Positions 26,509 through 40,054 of a stretch of DNA of 64,000 bases are shown one piece after another. The DNA lies in NCBI GenBank assembly GCA_951406725.2, contig OX597817.1, positions 31,310,001 through 31,374,000 of the forward strand, written 5' to 3'. The notes under the pieces are model-generated. The model was not told the DNA's origin. It saw only the letters and a list, made by a program, of their open reading frames with translations, and made no database searches. Made by a program: the position numbers and the translations under genes. Position 1 is the first letter of the stretch. Every line of letters starts with the position of its first letter. The stretch is from Octopus vulgaris (taxonomy: Eukaryota).

Positions 26509-26597
<89 letters not shown>

Positions 26598-26724
26598 CTT
26601 GTTCTTGTTCTTGTTCTTGTTCATGTTTTTGTTGCTGTTGCTGTTGAGCGAAGCGGTCTTCGTCCCAGAGCTCGCAAGTAGTCGGAGAAGTCCGAAACGT
26701 GTTCCTTTGCTATTCGTAAGACCC

Positions 26725-26977
26725 TCAGAAGAGAAAGCAGGTCAACCCCCGACACCGAGAGCATCGACGGATGGATGAATGCGCATCCAGTGTCAGCGGT
26801 TGCGTAGGAAGTCGGGGACAAGAAACAGGAAGAAAGAGTGAGAGAAAGTTTGGACGAAAGAGTACAACAGGGGTCGCCACCACCCTCTGCCGGAGCCTCG
26901 TGGAGCTTTATGTGTTTTCGCTCAATAAACACACACAATGCTCTGTCTGGGAATCGAAACCACGATCTTCCGACCGT
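26725..26977 (-). mobile_element. SINE family B variant
   Basis: ccggagcctcgtggagcttta.gtgttttcgctcaataaacac...gggaatcgaaacc. Confidence 0.8.
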
Positions 26978-27100
26978 GCTGTTGCTGCTGCTACTGTTGT
27001 TCTTGTTTATTTGCTGAAGGTTGACAAAAAATGCAGAACACAAGACAACAATACATCTTTTATGACAAGGTTTGGTATTAACAGTCATGTCACTTAAATA

Positions 27101-27142
<42 letters not shown>

Positions 27143-27863
27143 AAGGTTAGTATGTACGTGTGTCATTATTCAGGTGTCTGCTAGCGACAGCTGATGAAGG
27201 GGATTTTTCCTTGTGCAGCATGTCCTGTACTTCGTTTTTCTGCTGCACTTAATTGTTTTTCCCGTTTTCGTTCGTCTTGTTCCACGTCTCTGTCCTTCTG
27301 TTGTAACAAAATGGTTTTTCCGTTTTCGTTTCTGTTGATTTTTACGTCTTCTTGTGGTGTCCTGTACGTATATATATATTTATATATGCATGTATATATA
27401 CATGTAGATGTCGGTACGTACATATATGTTTGTATGTATGCATATATTTTATTTATTACATTATTGTCTGACAGCGCTTCGCGTCGGGTTCGTTTGAATT
27501 TTCGATTTTTCGAATTCTCACTTCGTTCCGTCTCTCTCCTCCTCCGTTTTTACAGTTTATATATATATATATATATGCTAGCATAATGAGACACTTTCAG
27601 AGGCAGTTCCAGTGAAAAACGGTCTCAAACAAGCTGTGGAGCGGCTTTTAAGCTAGCTCCTAAAGGAGGGCTCTTCATTGGGCCTTGGGCCCAACAATGA
27701 CATTTCATGCATTGAGTGCATATTAGAATATTTATTATTATTAACAAAACAATGATATAATTTGTCGACTTGGAACTTATTGCAAAGCTGCATGATAAAC
27801 AACAATTTTTATCTTCCCATTCGGGGGTCAGTACAATTTATTTTTCTGTCTAGCCTCTTTCTT

Positions 27864-27931
<68 letters not shown>

Positions 27932-28372
27932 TCTGTGGATTGTTTCCAACCATCACCATCACCAGTACCCCACCACAACTGCCATACACACATCATTCAG
28001 ACTTCTGACGCCACTACCATTAATACCTTTGACTTTGCCGCCTTCCCCTCCACCACCATCACCCCTGTCCTTCACATCGCTTACTATCTCCGTCATCAAT
28101 GACCACCTCCGCCTTTATCACAACTACAGCTCATATTGTTACTCCCATCCCATTACCATCACAACCGTCAATCTACTATCGCCCTTACTCTCTCTATGCC
28201 TACTATTACTCTCACCCTAGCATGAGGAATCGTAAAAGTGTCATCGAATGGAGAGAGACGTGGTCAAAGTGTGACACACTGACACAGAAATTTGTTTTGG
28301 CAATTATTATTATAGATGTATGTATGTATGTATGTATGTATGTATGTATGTATGTATGTATGTATGTATGTA

Positions 28373-28768
28373 TACTCTTTACTCTTTTACTTGTTTCAGA
28401 CATTCGACTGTGGCCATACTGGAGCACCACCTTTTTCTCGAGCAAATCGACCACAGGACTTATTCTTTGTAAGCCCAGTACTTATTCTATCGGTCTCTTT
28501 TGCCGAACCGCTAAGTTACGGAGACGTAAACACACCAGCATCGGTTGTCAAGCGATGTTGGGGGGACAAACACATACACATACATATATATATATACATA
28601 TATACGACGGCCTTCTTTCAGTTTCCGTCTACCAACTCCACTCACAAGGCTTTGGTCGGCCCTAGGCTATAGTAGAAGACACTTGCCCAAGGTGCCACGC
28701 AGTGGGACTGAACCCGGAACCATGTGGTTCGTAAGCAAGCTACTTACCACACAGCCACTCCTACGCCT
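28373..28768 (-). mobile_element. SINE family C inside (TATG)n
   Basis: Near-identical to 23080-23480. Confidence 0.9.
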
Positions 28769-29059
28769 ATGTATGTATGTATGTATGTATGTATGTATGT
28801 ATGTATGCATGTATGTATGTATATGTATATATATGGAGAAAAAGAAAGATACATAGATGCTGATTGATACTTCTTAGAAAAGTGCCAGCTGCATATTGAA
28901 CATTGCACAATCACGTGCATGCAGGTGGCTTTTCAACCCAGCTTTCTTTCTTCAGGAACGTTCACAGATGTAACACTTATTTTCCTTTTCAGTACATATG
29001 TACCGCGACGCACTTGTCGCAGTACATGATAGTAGAACACTATCATAGCAGCTCGATTT

Positions 29060-29243
29060 CTGCCAGGCTCATGTGATTTTAGATGGCTGGCAATCCCGAC
29101 TCTTGAGAGAAGAAATTGTCCACACCCATTGCACTTCAATTCCTGTTGGGTTTCTGCTTACGGAGTGAACACTTCAAAGCAGCATGTTCCATTCGCTTTT
29201 GCCCAAAGATACCACATCTAAACTTGCTCTCTCTCTCTCTCCC

Positions 29244-29301
<58 letters not shown>

Positions 29302-30270
29302 GCACGGCTTTCAGCCAATGTCTTACAGACATCCATATCAATCTCCAAAGCTTTATGGCTGTCTTTTATGAAGTCCTTAAACCACTTCCTAGGTTTAAGC
29401 TCAGATCTTTTCTCCTCTGGTCAGTTCCGCGTAAAATAGCTGATTGGACTATTTGTCTTCCAGCTTGACAGCATAACCATCCTAACACATCGTGTTCTTA
29501 CGTCTTCTTTTCCGTATATTGATGATGATGCTGGCGTTCTCAAGTACAACAATATCAGGTGTGTAAGACGCTTAAATTATCCACAGGATACGCCAGATAC
29601 AATGCTGACGAAACCTTTCCGACTGCTTGATATAATATTTATAAGCTGTCCACGATTAGCACCTGTACAGCAGGGCTGTAAAAACACAGGTCTTCCTTAT
29701 AACTAGTTTAGTATCTTTCGCGATACTCTGATCTGACCAGACTCGCTTTTCAAGTTTCCCGAAAGATCCCCAGCTTTCGCAATCATGTGATTTATTTCAG
29801 TGTCAAGGGTATAATATCCACAGAGTGTTCTTCCAAGGTACGCAAAGCTGTCCACCGCTTCATTCCTTTTTCCTTCCCCCAAAAATATCAAGCTGCATAA
29901 ATGTTTCCCAAACTGGCGGAGTGTACATGGCCATAATATTTTTTACGCAAATGCAGTGCATGTTTTGGAGAAGGTGTCCAATATCATCAATCATTTGCTG
30001 AGTGATCCAGAAAATCCGCATCATCAAAGGAACGTAAGAATGTTTTTGATTTGGTGTTGAAACGTCTTAGATTAAAGACGTTGCTAGAGGTTCTAAATTG
30101 CATGTACACTCTTAATTCTAAGTCTTAGATGGCATACGTAAGCAGCACAGCAAAGTACATGAAGAACAGAGTGGGTGCTGAAATATCACCTTGTTTGACA
30201 CCGTTTTTCACTGGAACTGCCTCTGAAAGTGTCTCATTGAAGTTCACTTTTGCCTTCATGTTTTGATGTT
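29060..30270 (-). mobile_element. Decayed RTE-clade LINE (RT plus C-terminal zinc finger)
   Basis: NGVKQGDISAPTLFFMYFAVLL (~30210-30140), VDSFAYLGRTL..DTEINHMIAKA, and C-terminal CNGCGQFLLSRVGIASHLKSH; many disruptions. Confidence 0.85.
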
Positions 30271-31389
30271 ACATACATACATATCTTATATAAGAGTTCC
30301 ACGTTGTACAAGATTAGAGAATATTAGCATTGTAAAGACACTGTATTACAAATAGAGATTCGATAGGCCAGTATTAATTACACTAAGGTCCTCTCACCTA
30401 TCACGGTCTCCATCTCCCTCATCCCTGTTCATTCTTTAAAGTTTGCTTTATCTCCTTCTTTCCTTCACCACGTATTCTCCGTCTCTCTTGCTCCTTCGAA
30501 CTCTCTCCACTTATTCTCCACAGCTGATCCTATTATTCTACTCCCCAAATTCTATTTTGCATTAAGCCTGCAGTGTATATACAAACGTCATAAATACTTT
30601 ATCGTTTTTATTCTATTTCTCCTGCTTTACTTACTTCGTTAATTTTTCTTTGTAAAAAAAAATGTATATTCCAAAACCTTACCTCCTCTTCCAATCCTTT
30701 CATTTGGCTTTTTTTTATTTTCATTGTACACATCGGATGATTGTTGTTGTTTCGTTTCATATTTCGACGCTTTTCAAGTCATGTGATTTTCTTATTTTAC
30801 TTCATATACAATATCCAGTTACTCCCTTGTCTCATAATCTCCTTCGTTTAACTTGTCTTATAAATGTTATATATCTTTCTCTTTTATTCACATATGAAGT
30901 TTCTGTAGGCCTACGTTCCTTATCAGTTGCATTCAGTTTTTCTAAGTTTGTGGATGTAAAATTCCTCTCCTGTGTCTCCTGTGCACATATTTGTATATGC
31001 ATGTATGTACATATATGTAAATGTGTGTGTGTGTATGCATGTATGTATATATGTGTACGTATATAAATGTGTGTATGTTTCTCATATATGCAAATGACTA
31101 TGAATGTATATGTATTTACACATTACTGCTGTTATTTACTTATTTTACATTTATATTATTTATTTTAAATTTTCTTCATTTAATTTTTATTTGCATTTTT
31201 ACTTTATTTTTTATTTTCCTCTATCTTATTCTTTATTTTACCCTATTACCCAATACATACAACTGATCAGTTAACTCTTCATCCACACATAACGATAAAA
31301 GATAATAACTCTTTTAGTCTGCTTGTATGAACAGAAAGGTTCGCATGTAATATCTTAATGTTTCTCTGATGAAATGTAATATCTTAATC

Positions 31390-31487
31390 TTTCTCTGATG
31401 AAATTATGCTCATAACATATAAATGCAAATTTAAAGCATAAATTTGTAATTTACCTATTGAGCTCTAATGGAAACGGCTGTAAGAAG
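31390..31487 (+). ncRNA. Type I hammerhead motif with long stem II insert (family D)
   Basis: TTTCT-CTGATGA-aATTA..(~60 nt)..TAATg-GAAAC-ggct-GTA-AGAAG; element runs to (TA)n at ~31702; 30-bp tandem duplication of the core-containing segment at ~31345-31402. Confidence 0.65.
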
Positions 31488-31736
31488 TAAAGATTACCAA
31501 TTTTTTTTATAATAGAATATTTTTTATTATCGGAACTCTCCATTTTCTTTCTTTCATTTAACTGAACATGAACTTTATTCTTAATACACACCTACTGATT
31601 TAAAGAAATTTCATTTCCCAAAATTACTGGGTATAAAACCAGTTTCTCCTTGGATGTAACCATCCCTTTACGAGGTTAACGTATCCCTCAAGTAACTTTA
31701 ACATATATATATATATATATATATATCGCTCAGAAA

Positions 31737-31790
<54 letters not shown>

Positions 31791-32345
31791 GAGTGAGAGG
31801 GCAGTTCATGTCATCAAAGTGACACTGGGGTAAAATATACGAAGCCCAATATACCCATCATGACTACACGTCTGATAAGGGTACACCAGGCACATGCATC
31901 ACAACCATATGTGCGCGACATGGTGATCTCAGATCAAGATAAACATCACATGACCTTGCAGGTGGGGCCCAGTTAGAATTTTCTTCAGGTTGAGTAGCCC
32001 ATCCCGCTCAAAAGGTCCCTGAATGAGAGTTGTTTAAGGATGTTGAAAGAACCACCCGTGTTTCCAGAGGTGAATTATTCAAACCCCCAAAGAATCCTCT
32101 CAACACATGGCTATGATGCTCCCCCACTACTTCTGCTCGTGATCAGAGATGTACATATCGTCAGCCACTAAGGGACATGTTCAACTGGTAAAGGTCAAAC
32201 AACTGACAAGCAAATCTGTGGTATTGAGCAGAATATTTGCTGTAGCCCACCTTTTTATACCAAGACAATACAATGTACATGATAACACTTCCAATCAGTT
32301 AAGATCAGAAGCCATGAGAGCCACTGCCTGGTACTGCATCAGGGC
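31791..32345. mobile_element. Non-coding segment between (ATT)n tracts, probably distal 3' part or companion of the adjacent RLE element
   Basis: Bounded by (ATT)n at 31741-31790 and 32351-32458; no convincing ORF. Confidence 0.45.
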
Positions 32346-32356
32346 AATCTTTATTA

Positions 32357-32423
<67 letters not shown>

Positions 32424-32459
32424 CATTATTATTACTATTATTATTATTATTATTATTCA

Positions 32460-33730
32460 GTAGTTTTATTTTTATAGCGTGCTTTCACTTCACTACCGAG
32501 CGCAGCTCTGTGTGCCTTGGGTATGTGCTGTGATTTGTTGTGATGCTCTGATGGTTATTGTATGGAAAGTGTTCTGCGTAGGATGTGTGCAGTGCCTAGT
32601 AGTGCAATTTTCTGTATGTTATATGTGTTTGTAAGTCCTGGTGTTTTTGTTATGTATTTGTCTGAATATTTTTTTATGATGCCTAATGCACCTACTATGA
32701 TAGGAATTGTTTCTGTTTTCAGATTCCACATTCTAGTTACCTCTATTTCCAGGTCTTTGTATTTTGAGAGTTTCTCCATTTCTTTTAGAGACACGTTGTC
32801 ATCTGCCGGTATTGATACATCAATTAGAAAGCATTTTTTTTCTTCATGATCTCTGACAACTATATCTGGTCTGTTGGCCTTAATTTCTCTATCTGTGTGT
32901 ATCGGCATATCCCAGAGTATGGTTGCTTTCTCGTTTTCTGTGACCTTTTCTGGTGTGTGCCTATACCATCTTTTTTCTGTTGTTATTCCATAATGTTGGC
33001 ATAGCTTCCAATGTATGTAGGTTCCAACTCTGTCATGTCTGTGAATATATTCCTTCTTAGACAGGACTGGGCAGCTAAAGATAATATGATTTATTGTTTC
33101 TTGTCCATCTCCACATATTCTGCAGTTACTTGTAATATTTCTTTTCATTACATGTTTTTGGTAATTTCTGTGGGGAGGCTTTGGTCTTGTGCTGCAATTA
33201 AAAATCCCTCTGTTTCTGCTTTGAGTCCTGAGCTTCTCAACCATTGCTGGGATTTTTCTTTGTCTATTTCTTTTGCGTTTAGTTTAGTCCAGTATTTACC
33301 ATGAAGGGGCTTTTCTTGCCATCGTTTTATCATGGTTCGTTGCTGTTCTATTTTTAGTTTGGATTTCATTTGTTTTATAGCTTTTGTTGTTTCTTCATCT
33401 TCTTCTTCTTCTTCTTCGTGTTTATTAGGTGGTATGATTTCTTGTTTGTATTTGTCAGCTTCCTTAAATACTGAGAACAGTTTTTTGTTTTGCTCGTGTT
33501 TTGCCGCTATCTGGATCAGTTTTCCTTCCTTCTGAAGTAGATATTTTTGCATTCCTATGGTGGTTATTTTATAGTAGTTTTCCAGCTGTATAAGGCCTGT
33601 ACCACCTTCTATACGTTGTATATATAGTCTTTCTATGTCAGATTTTGGGTGATGCATCCTAGATCCAGTCATTATTTTTCTTGTTTTCCTATCTATTTTG
33701 GTCAGTTCATTTCGTGTCCAGTTAAGGACA
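32460..33730 (-). mobile_element. 5'-truncated R4/Dong-like non-LTR retrotransposon (restriction-like endonuclease) in (TAA)n
   Basis: ORFs 33148..33672 and 32555..33244 joined by one frameshift: HPKSDIERLY..R..GG.GL, LHGKY, AAQDQ, CCHC knuckle CRICG...ETINHII..C, RHD, PDIVV...LIDVSIP...K.SKY. (TAA)n on both sides. Confidence 0.9.
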
Positions 33731-33734
33731 CGAA

Positions 33735-33800
<66 letters not shown>

Positions 33801-33866
33801 ATACTATTATTATTATTATTATAAAATAAATCTCTGAGCGAGATATAAACAGTAGCAGCACGACAT

Positions 33867-34140
33867 CGTTAAGTATATTTGCCAATTAAATGTGACTGAC
33901 CTATATGGGACGATGTTACTGTACTTTATAGGCCCAAGGGGACATCTCCTCTAGCTGGCTAATGAGACACTGTCTGTGCCCTATCAATATTTGCAAAGGG
34001 AAACTATCGTTCCCGGATTTCTGGTAGGACACAGACAGTGTGTCATTAGCCAGCTAGAGGAGATGTCTTCTTGGGGCTATAAACTACAGCAGCATCGTCC
34101 ATGTGGGTCAGCCACATTTAGGTGGCAAATATACTTCACG
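33867..34140. mobile_element. MITE/foldback element, ~110-bp inverted arms
   Basis: aagtatatttgcca...gacatctcctctagctggctaatga.acactgtctgtg vs cacagacagtgt.tcattagccagctagaggagatgtc...tggcaaatatactt. Confidence 0.8.
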
Positions 34141-34228
34141 GTATATATATACACGGTATATATATATGTGTATATATATACACATTTATATATATATCCA
34201 AATATATATGTGTGTGTGTGTGTGTGTG

Positions 34229-34264
<36 letters not shown>

Positions 34265-35576
34265 TGTATGTATGTATGTATGTATGTATGTATGTATGTA
34301 TGCTATGTATATGTGTGTGTCTGTCGGCGTCTGTGCCTCTGTATTTAAATATCGCCATTTACACATTATTTAGGTTTCAAACTGAATATGAACGGAAAGG
34401 ATAAGAGACGACAACGAAATTTTATATTTACTTAACGCAATTACTGATAGCATCAACAACCCTACAAGAATTAACATTGAAGAACAACATTTAAAGCAGG
34501 TTAATTAAAATGAAAATGCGTACAATAAAGATCGAGTTGAATAATTATACGTAACACACCTTAGTCGAATACCCGAAATTTCTCAAAACTGAATAAGATT
34601 TATGTGGTATTGAATTTCTAACTCTCATCACACAATCTGAAATCTCTGTTCAACGTGGCTATATAATCATTTAATTCACTCAATTTCTTGGATTTTATTT
34701 ACTAAATACAAATATCGGTCCGTTTCTATAAATTTTCTATCAGATTGTAATCTGAAGAGTTCTCTGATAAACGCACATCTCCAGCTTCTTTGGTTTTTAT
34801 GAACGATTGGAGTATGCTTCAAATCCTTTTGGCCCTAAAAACTCCACAACTAGTAAAAATGGCTCTGTAAGGTATCATGGCTTGACCCTTAATTTGATGA
34901 ATTAGATCACCCCGTTTCAATACACGTAGTGTCAAATGATAAGCTTATCAACGTCATGCTTAACCATTGGATCCAGGTACTCTGGATAAAATTCTCTTTT
35001 CCGACATTGAACGAACACTCAAGGTTCAGAGCCGAGCAAATTAAATTTGGCAACGTGTCGTAATTATGCTCGAGACAGTTAGATACACAGTTAGATACCA
35101 AGCGATATATATATTGAAAGTTGAACATTTTTTAATACGAAATCTGTCATAATCAAATATGAATCGAAATATGGCATCGAAGTTAATAACCCATTTCTTT
35201 CAATTTTTCTAGTTTTTTTTTTTTTTTTTTTGTCATTCTTGTTTAGATTCATCATTTGATTCTTATAAATAGCTTCCATTTTCTTTGTTTTTGTTTTCTA
35301 TAAATTTTTTCAAATGTAAAACATTTATATTGTATATAATGATATCTTGATTGTTGGCTTCACTAGCAGGAATTTATGTTATCAATATATCCATTGGTAG
35401 AGAATCGTTACTATTTTGGGACAAAAATTAAAGATGGACCGATTAGGTATTGTTATTATACTTGATTTGAAGCAATTTTTATAAATATGCATATATGTAT
35501 GTATCTGTATATATATACATACATACATATATATGTATGTATGTATGTATGTGTATATATATATATATATATATGG

Positions 35577-35866
35577 CGGGGTAGGGCAGCAGACTCGCGG
35601 TCGTAGGATCGCGGTTTCGATTCCCAGACTGGGAGTTGTGAGTGTTTATTGAGCGAAAACACCTAAAGCTCAACGATGCTCCGGCAGGGGCTGGTGGCGA
35701 TCCCTGCTGTACTCTTTCACCACGACTTTCTCTCACTCTTTCTTCTGTTGGCCTGCTCGCTTAGCTAGCGGGGTGGCGTTATTTGAAGGCTAAAACAATG
35801 CGAAGCGCATTGTGACCAGCGATGTGTAGCAACATCTGATAGCCTGGTCGGTCACGGTGATCACGG

Positions 35867-35870
<4 letters not shown>
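35577..35870 (+). mobile_element. SINE family B variant between (TA)n tracts
   Basis: tagggcagcagactcgcggtcgtaggatcgcggtttcgattccc head with an alternative 3' tail. Confidence 0.8.
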
Positions 35871-35920
<50 letters not shown>

Positions 35921-35926
<6 letters not shown>

Positions 35927-36201
35927 TGAGTGTATTTTTACCTTGTTAACAATTAACACGGAAAAATAAATAAATAGTTACCAGGGCAGCAAAAATCTCA
36001 CAAGTAAAGATGTTGTAACTCCTTGTTTATAAAGGTTGAAACTTCGTGTTTACGTTGAATATTTTGAATATTTTGAATAATAATCCCGAAGAGAAGATTG
36101 CATTGTTTATACCATTTATTCTTTTGAATAGTATCAGTGGAATTTTCGAAACATGTGACGAAAGTAAAAATAATTGTTTAAACCTGCGTTAACTCCATTT
36201 T

Positions 36202-36208
<7 letters not shown>
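35921..36208. mobile_element. (TA)n-embedded element, second copy at 52281-52480
   Basis: tagatgagtgtatttttaccttgttaacaattaacacgg...gaatattttgaata near-identical in both copies; this one keeps CCGAAGA-GAAGAT...ATTTTC-GAAAC-AT-GT. Confidence 0.7.
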
Positions 36209-36269
<61 letters not shown>

Positions 36270-37821
36270 CAGCTAGATGAGTAGAGAGAGAAAGGGATAG
36301 AGATACACATGTATATACACATACGTTCGTACGTATATACATGCGTGTGGGGGGGGGGTACAAATAGAGCGAGTTATAGATAGCTATATTAGATAGATTG
36401 AATGTCCCGAGTTAACCTTGAATAATAATGAGAAGTGATCAATTCCTTGACCACTTCATCCCTTTCTTGGTCATTGCATGTCTGAAAATGCATTATCCGA
36501 AGTGTCACACTTTATCAAGACGGTAGGCTACAATTTGAATTCGAAGTATTTATGTTTACTATTTTTAGCCAGTTCTATGTCCGTGTAGAGCAGTGTTGCT
36601 TAAACCTTTTTTTTTTTTTGTTTTTGTATCATCCAACCCCTCTTTTATGTATTTTGTTATGCCTAGCTCCCACGAGTGAGGTATCACGACTAAACTAACT
36701 TAACATGGATAAGAATTAAGTTTTACTCATGAGATCTCATTTTATTTTAATAACCATTATTAGTTTTATCATGCATAATATAATGACCTCCCTTGTTCGA
36801 AGGTTTGTAATGGACGCAGGTTCGTGTGTCAAATAGCTAGCTTGAGGCGGTGGCCTCTTGGAGCTAATCAGCGACAGCTTTAGTCTTTATAAGACTGCCA
36901 TATTAGTATGGCGATAACTATTAATATAATTACTGTTATAGATAAAATTTAACATGTTAATTATGTTACCTCAACGCCCCTTCACCGTTCCTTAAAGCCA
37001 AAGGCCCCTTTCAGCACCGCTCACGTTGAGAAACTCTGTTGTAGAGGTTCTATCGTTGTGAATTTCTTGTTATTGTTAAGCACCTGATCAACCGTATTTA
37101 AACAGCTGTATGGTCAAATGCCTATGAAAGGTATCTTGTGTGTCTTTTCCTTTTTTGAGTCTACATGATGAGCTGGGTCGAAATTTGGCTGTTACGTCAA
37201 CTAGGTCGAACTGGGTTGTAAAGAATAAATTGGCCAGGTTCAATTTCGCTCTTAATACGTTTTCCCAACGGAATTGAAGTGAAACAGCAACTAGCGGGAA
37301 CTGAAACTGGTTTGTAGACATATACATGTATGTTTAGATAAATAAATAGTTAAATAATTAAATAAATAAATGCCAAATAATTCTCAGTATGACGTTATGT
37401 CGGGTGCAATTGTGGGTATGTAACAATGACGGGCAAACGCTTTTTTTTTTTTTTTTTAAATAATTTTTTTTAGAAGACAAACAGAAAAAGGGGAAATCAA
37501 CAGGCAGTAGAAGTCACATATGTCAGGCACATGGGACACCCTTAACGATAAAGTGGGTTTGGGGTAAGTTTGCAAACTGGAAAGGTAGCTATGTGGAGCG
37601 TGGGAGTTGGTAGGGAAGTGAGATCACCGTTCTTAGCAGCAGTGGTGTCTGTTATCGCAGATAAAGATCATCGTTAAACATATCCCCTGCTCAGATTTTT
37701 TCTTTTTGTTTTGTTTCGTTTATTTTTTAATCTTTCTTTTACATCACATTTTCCTTCTCCAGCCACGTCATCATAATGATCATCATAATGATTACTGCCA
37801 ACATTTACTGTCCTTTCCTTT

Positions 37822-37912
37822 CCTTCTTCTTCTTCTTCTTCTTCTTCTTCTTCTTCTTCTTCTTCTTCTTCTTCTTCTTCTTTCTTGTTCATCTTCTTGT
37901 TCATCTTCTTCT

Positions 37913-37983
<71 letters not shown>

Positions 37984-38205
37984 TTCATCTTCTTCTTCTT
38001 CTTCTTCTTCTTCTTCTTCTTCTTCTTCTTCTTCTTCTTCTTCTTCTTGTTCATCTTCTTGTTCATCTTCTTGTTCATCTTCTTCTTCTTCTTCTTGTTC
38101 TTCTTGTTCATCTTCTTGTTCATCTTCTTCTTCTTCTTCTTCCTCCTCTTCTTCTTCTCCTTCTTCTTCTTCTCCTTCTCCTTCTTCTTCTTCTTCTTCT
38201 TCTTC
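37822..38205. repeat. Complex (CTT)n microsatellite with ttcttgttcatc 12-bp variants
   Basis: Direct reading; accounts for the poly-K/F/S/L ORFs. Confidence 0.95.
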
Positions 38206-38781
38206 AGTTTTTTTGTTTCCATCTTATCTTCTATTTCTCTCATCATCATAATAATAATCCTCTTCACTATCAGCAACCTCATCATCATCATCATCATCGT
38301 CGTCGTCAAATCCACAACCAACACCACCACCACCACCAACATCGTCATCGTCATCATCGATATTGTCGTCCATCCTCTACCTCACCTGTGTCTTCCTCCT
38401 CTCCTTTTCTTCTCTTCCTCCTCCTTTTCTTCTCTTTCTCCTTCCTCCTCTCCTTTTATTCTTCCTCCTCCTTTTCTTCTCTTTCTCCTTCCTCCTCCTC
38501 CCTATACTTCTGTACAACAAACAGCACCAACCCCCTTATTGAAAACGATGACAGCTGCCACTCTCCCCCACGGTGCTCTAAATAACCCCGCTGAGTAACA
38601 ATTGTTGCTGCTGACAATATTTGGATTCATTTCCAAACACAGTTACCCCACCTGCAACATTCCCTAGTAGCTATGACAACCATAACCATTCTCATCATCG
38701 CCATCAGCATCTCCATCAGCATCATCATTAACATCACGTTCACAAAGCCATCATCATCATCATCATCATTATTTTTACTGA

Positions 38782-39166
38782 GGAAGCACTCCGTCGGTTA
38801 CGACGACGAGGGTTCCGGTTGATCCGAATCAACGGAACGGCCTGCTCGTGAAATTAACGTGTAAGTGGCTGAGCACTCCACAGACACGTGTACCCTTAAC
38901 GTAGTTCTCGGGGATATTCAGCGTGACACAGAGAGTGACAAGGCCGGCCCTTTGAAATACAGGTACAACAGAAACAGGAAGTAAGCGTGAGAGAAAGTTA
39001 TGGTGAAAGAGTACAGCAGGGATCACCACCATCTCCTGCCGGAGCCTCGTGGAGCTTTTAGGTGTTTTCGCTCAATAAACACTCACAACGCCCGGTCTGG
39101 GAATCGAAACCGCGATCCTACGACCGCGAATCCGCTGCCCTAACCACTGGGCCATTGCGCCTCCAC
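38782..39166 (-). mobile_element. Full-length SINE family B with 12-bp TSD
   Basis: Reverse complement of 16559-16942; TSD attatttttact at 38768-38779 and 39168-39179. Confidence 0.93.
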
Positions 39167-39227
39167 GATTATTTTTACTACTGCTAACACCATAACCGCC
39201 ATCATTATAATAATCAGAATTATAACC

Positions 39228-39467
39228 TTATTTTTTTATTACCCACAAGGGGCTAAACATAGAGTGGACAGACAAGGACAGACATAGGTATTAAGTCGAT
39301 TACATCGACCCCAGTGCGTAACTGGTACTTGATTTATCGACCCCGAAAGGATGAAAGGCAAAGTCGACCTCGGCGAAATTTGAACTCAGAACGTAACGGC
39401 AGACAAAATACGGCTACGCATTTCGCCCGGCGTGCTAACGTGCTAACGTTTCTGCCAGCTCGCCGCC
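39228..39467 (-). mobile_element. SINE family A
   Basis: Reverse complement of the 12666 copy. Confidence 0.9.
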
Positions 39468-39737
39468 AATCAGAATCATCACCAGCATATCATCGGTATT
39501 ATGACCGCTACGTTTGTAGGTTCGAGTTTCAGCATCGGAATTTCTATTTTCCGTTCAAGAGAATTTTAACCTAATATGCTGCATGCTATAATTTATAGCT
39601 TTGTCTACTTCGAGTTCACACGTAAAAAGAAAGATGAGCGAGCTTATACGTACACACACACACACACGCACACACACGTGTATTTTTTATATATAAAAAT
39701 ATAGCGGCGTACGTACACTTTGGTCTCTTATATGTAA

Positions 39738-39790
<53 letters not shown>

Positions 39791-39792
<2 letters not shown>

Positions 39793-40010
39793 TAATCCAA
39801 ACAAGAAAGCACAAAAAAACACAACAACGCGAGGACGTGGAACAAATATAGTATTATTGGACGCTCAGGAATGAAGGAAAGAAGGAGGGTTTAACGTTTC
39901 GAGCGGAGCTCTTCGTCGGAAACATAGGAGAAGGAAAGATCCAGAGAAGGGAAGACAGAGGAAAAAACTCGCCAACGGTACACACGTGGTTACATTTTGA
40001 AAGACCGGAA

Positions 40011-40013
<3 letters not shown>
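39791..40013 (-). mobile_element. Family B element with minimal hammerhead motif (39889-39923)
   Basis: GTTT-CCGACGA-A-GAGC-tcc-GCTC-GAAACGT-T-AAAC on the minus strand; (TA)n on both sides. Confidence 0.8.

Positions 40014-40054
<41 letters not shown>

Noticed and set aside
34560-35460. Possible second decayed Penelope-like fragment
   Set aside because: No diagnostic GIY-YIG or RT motif could be read with confidence.
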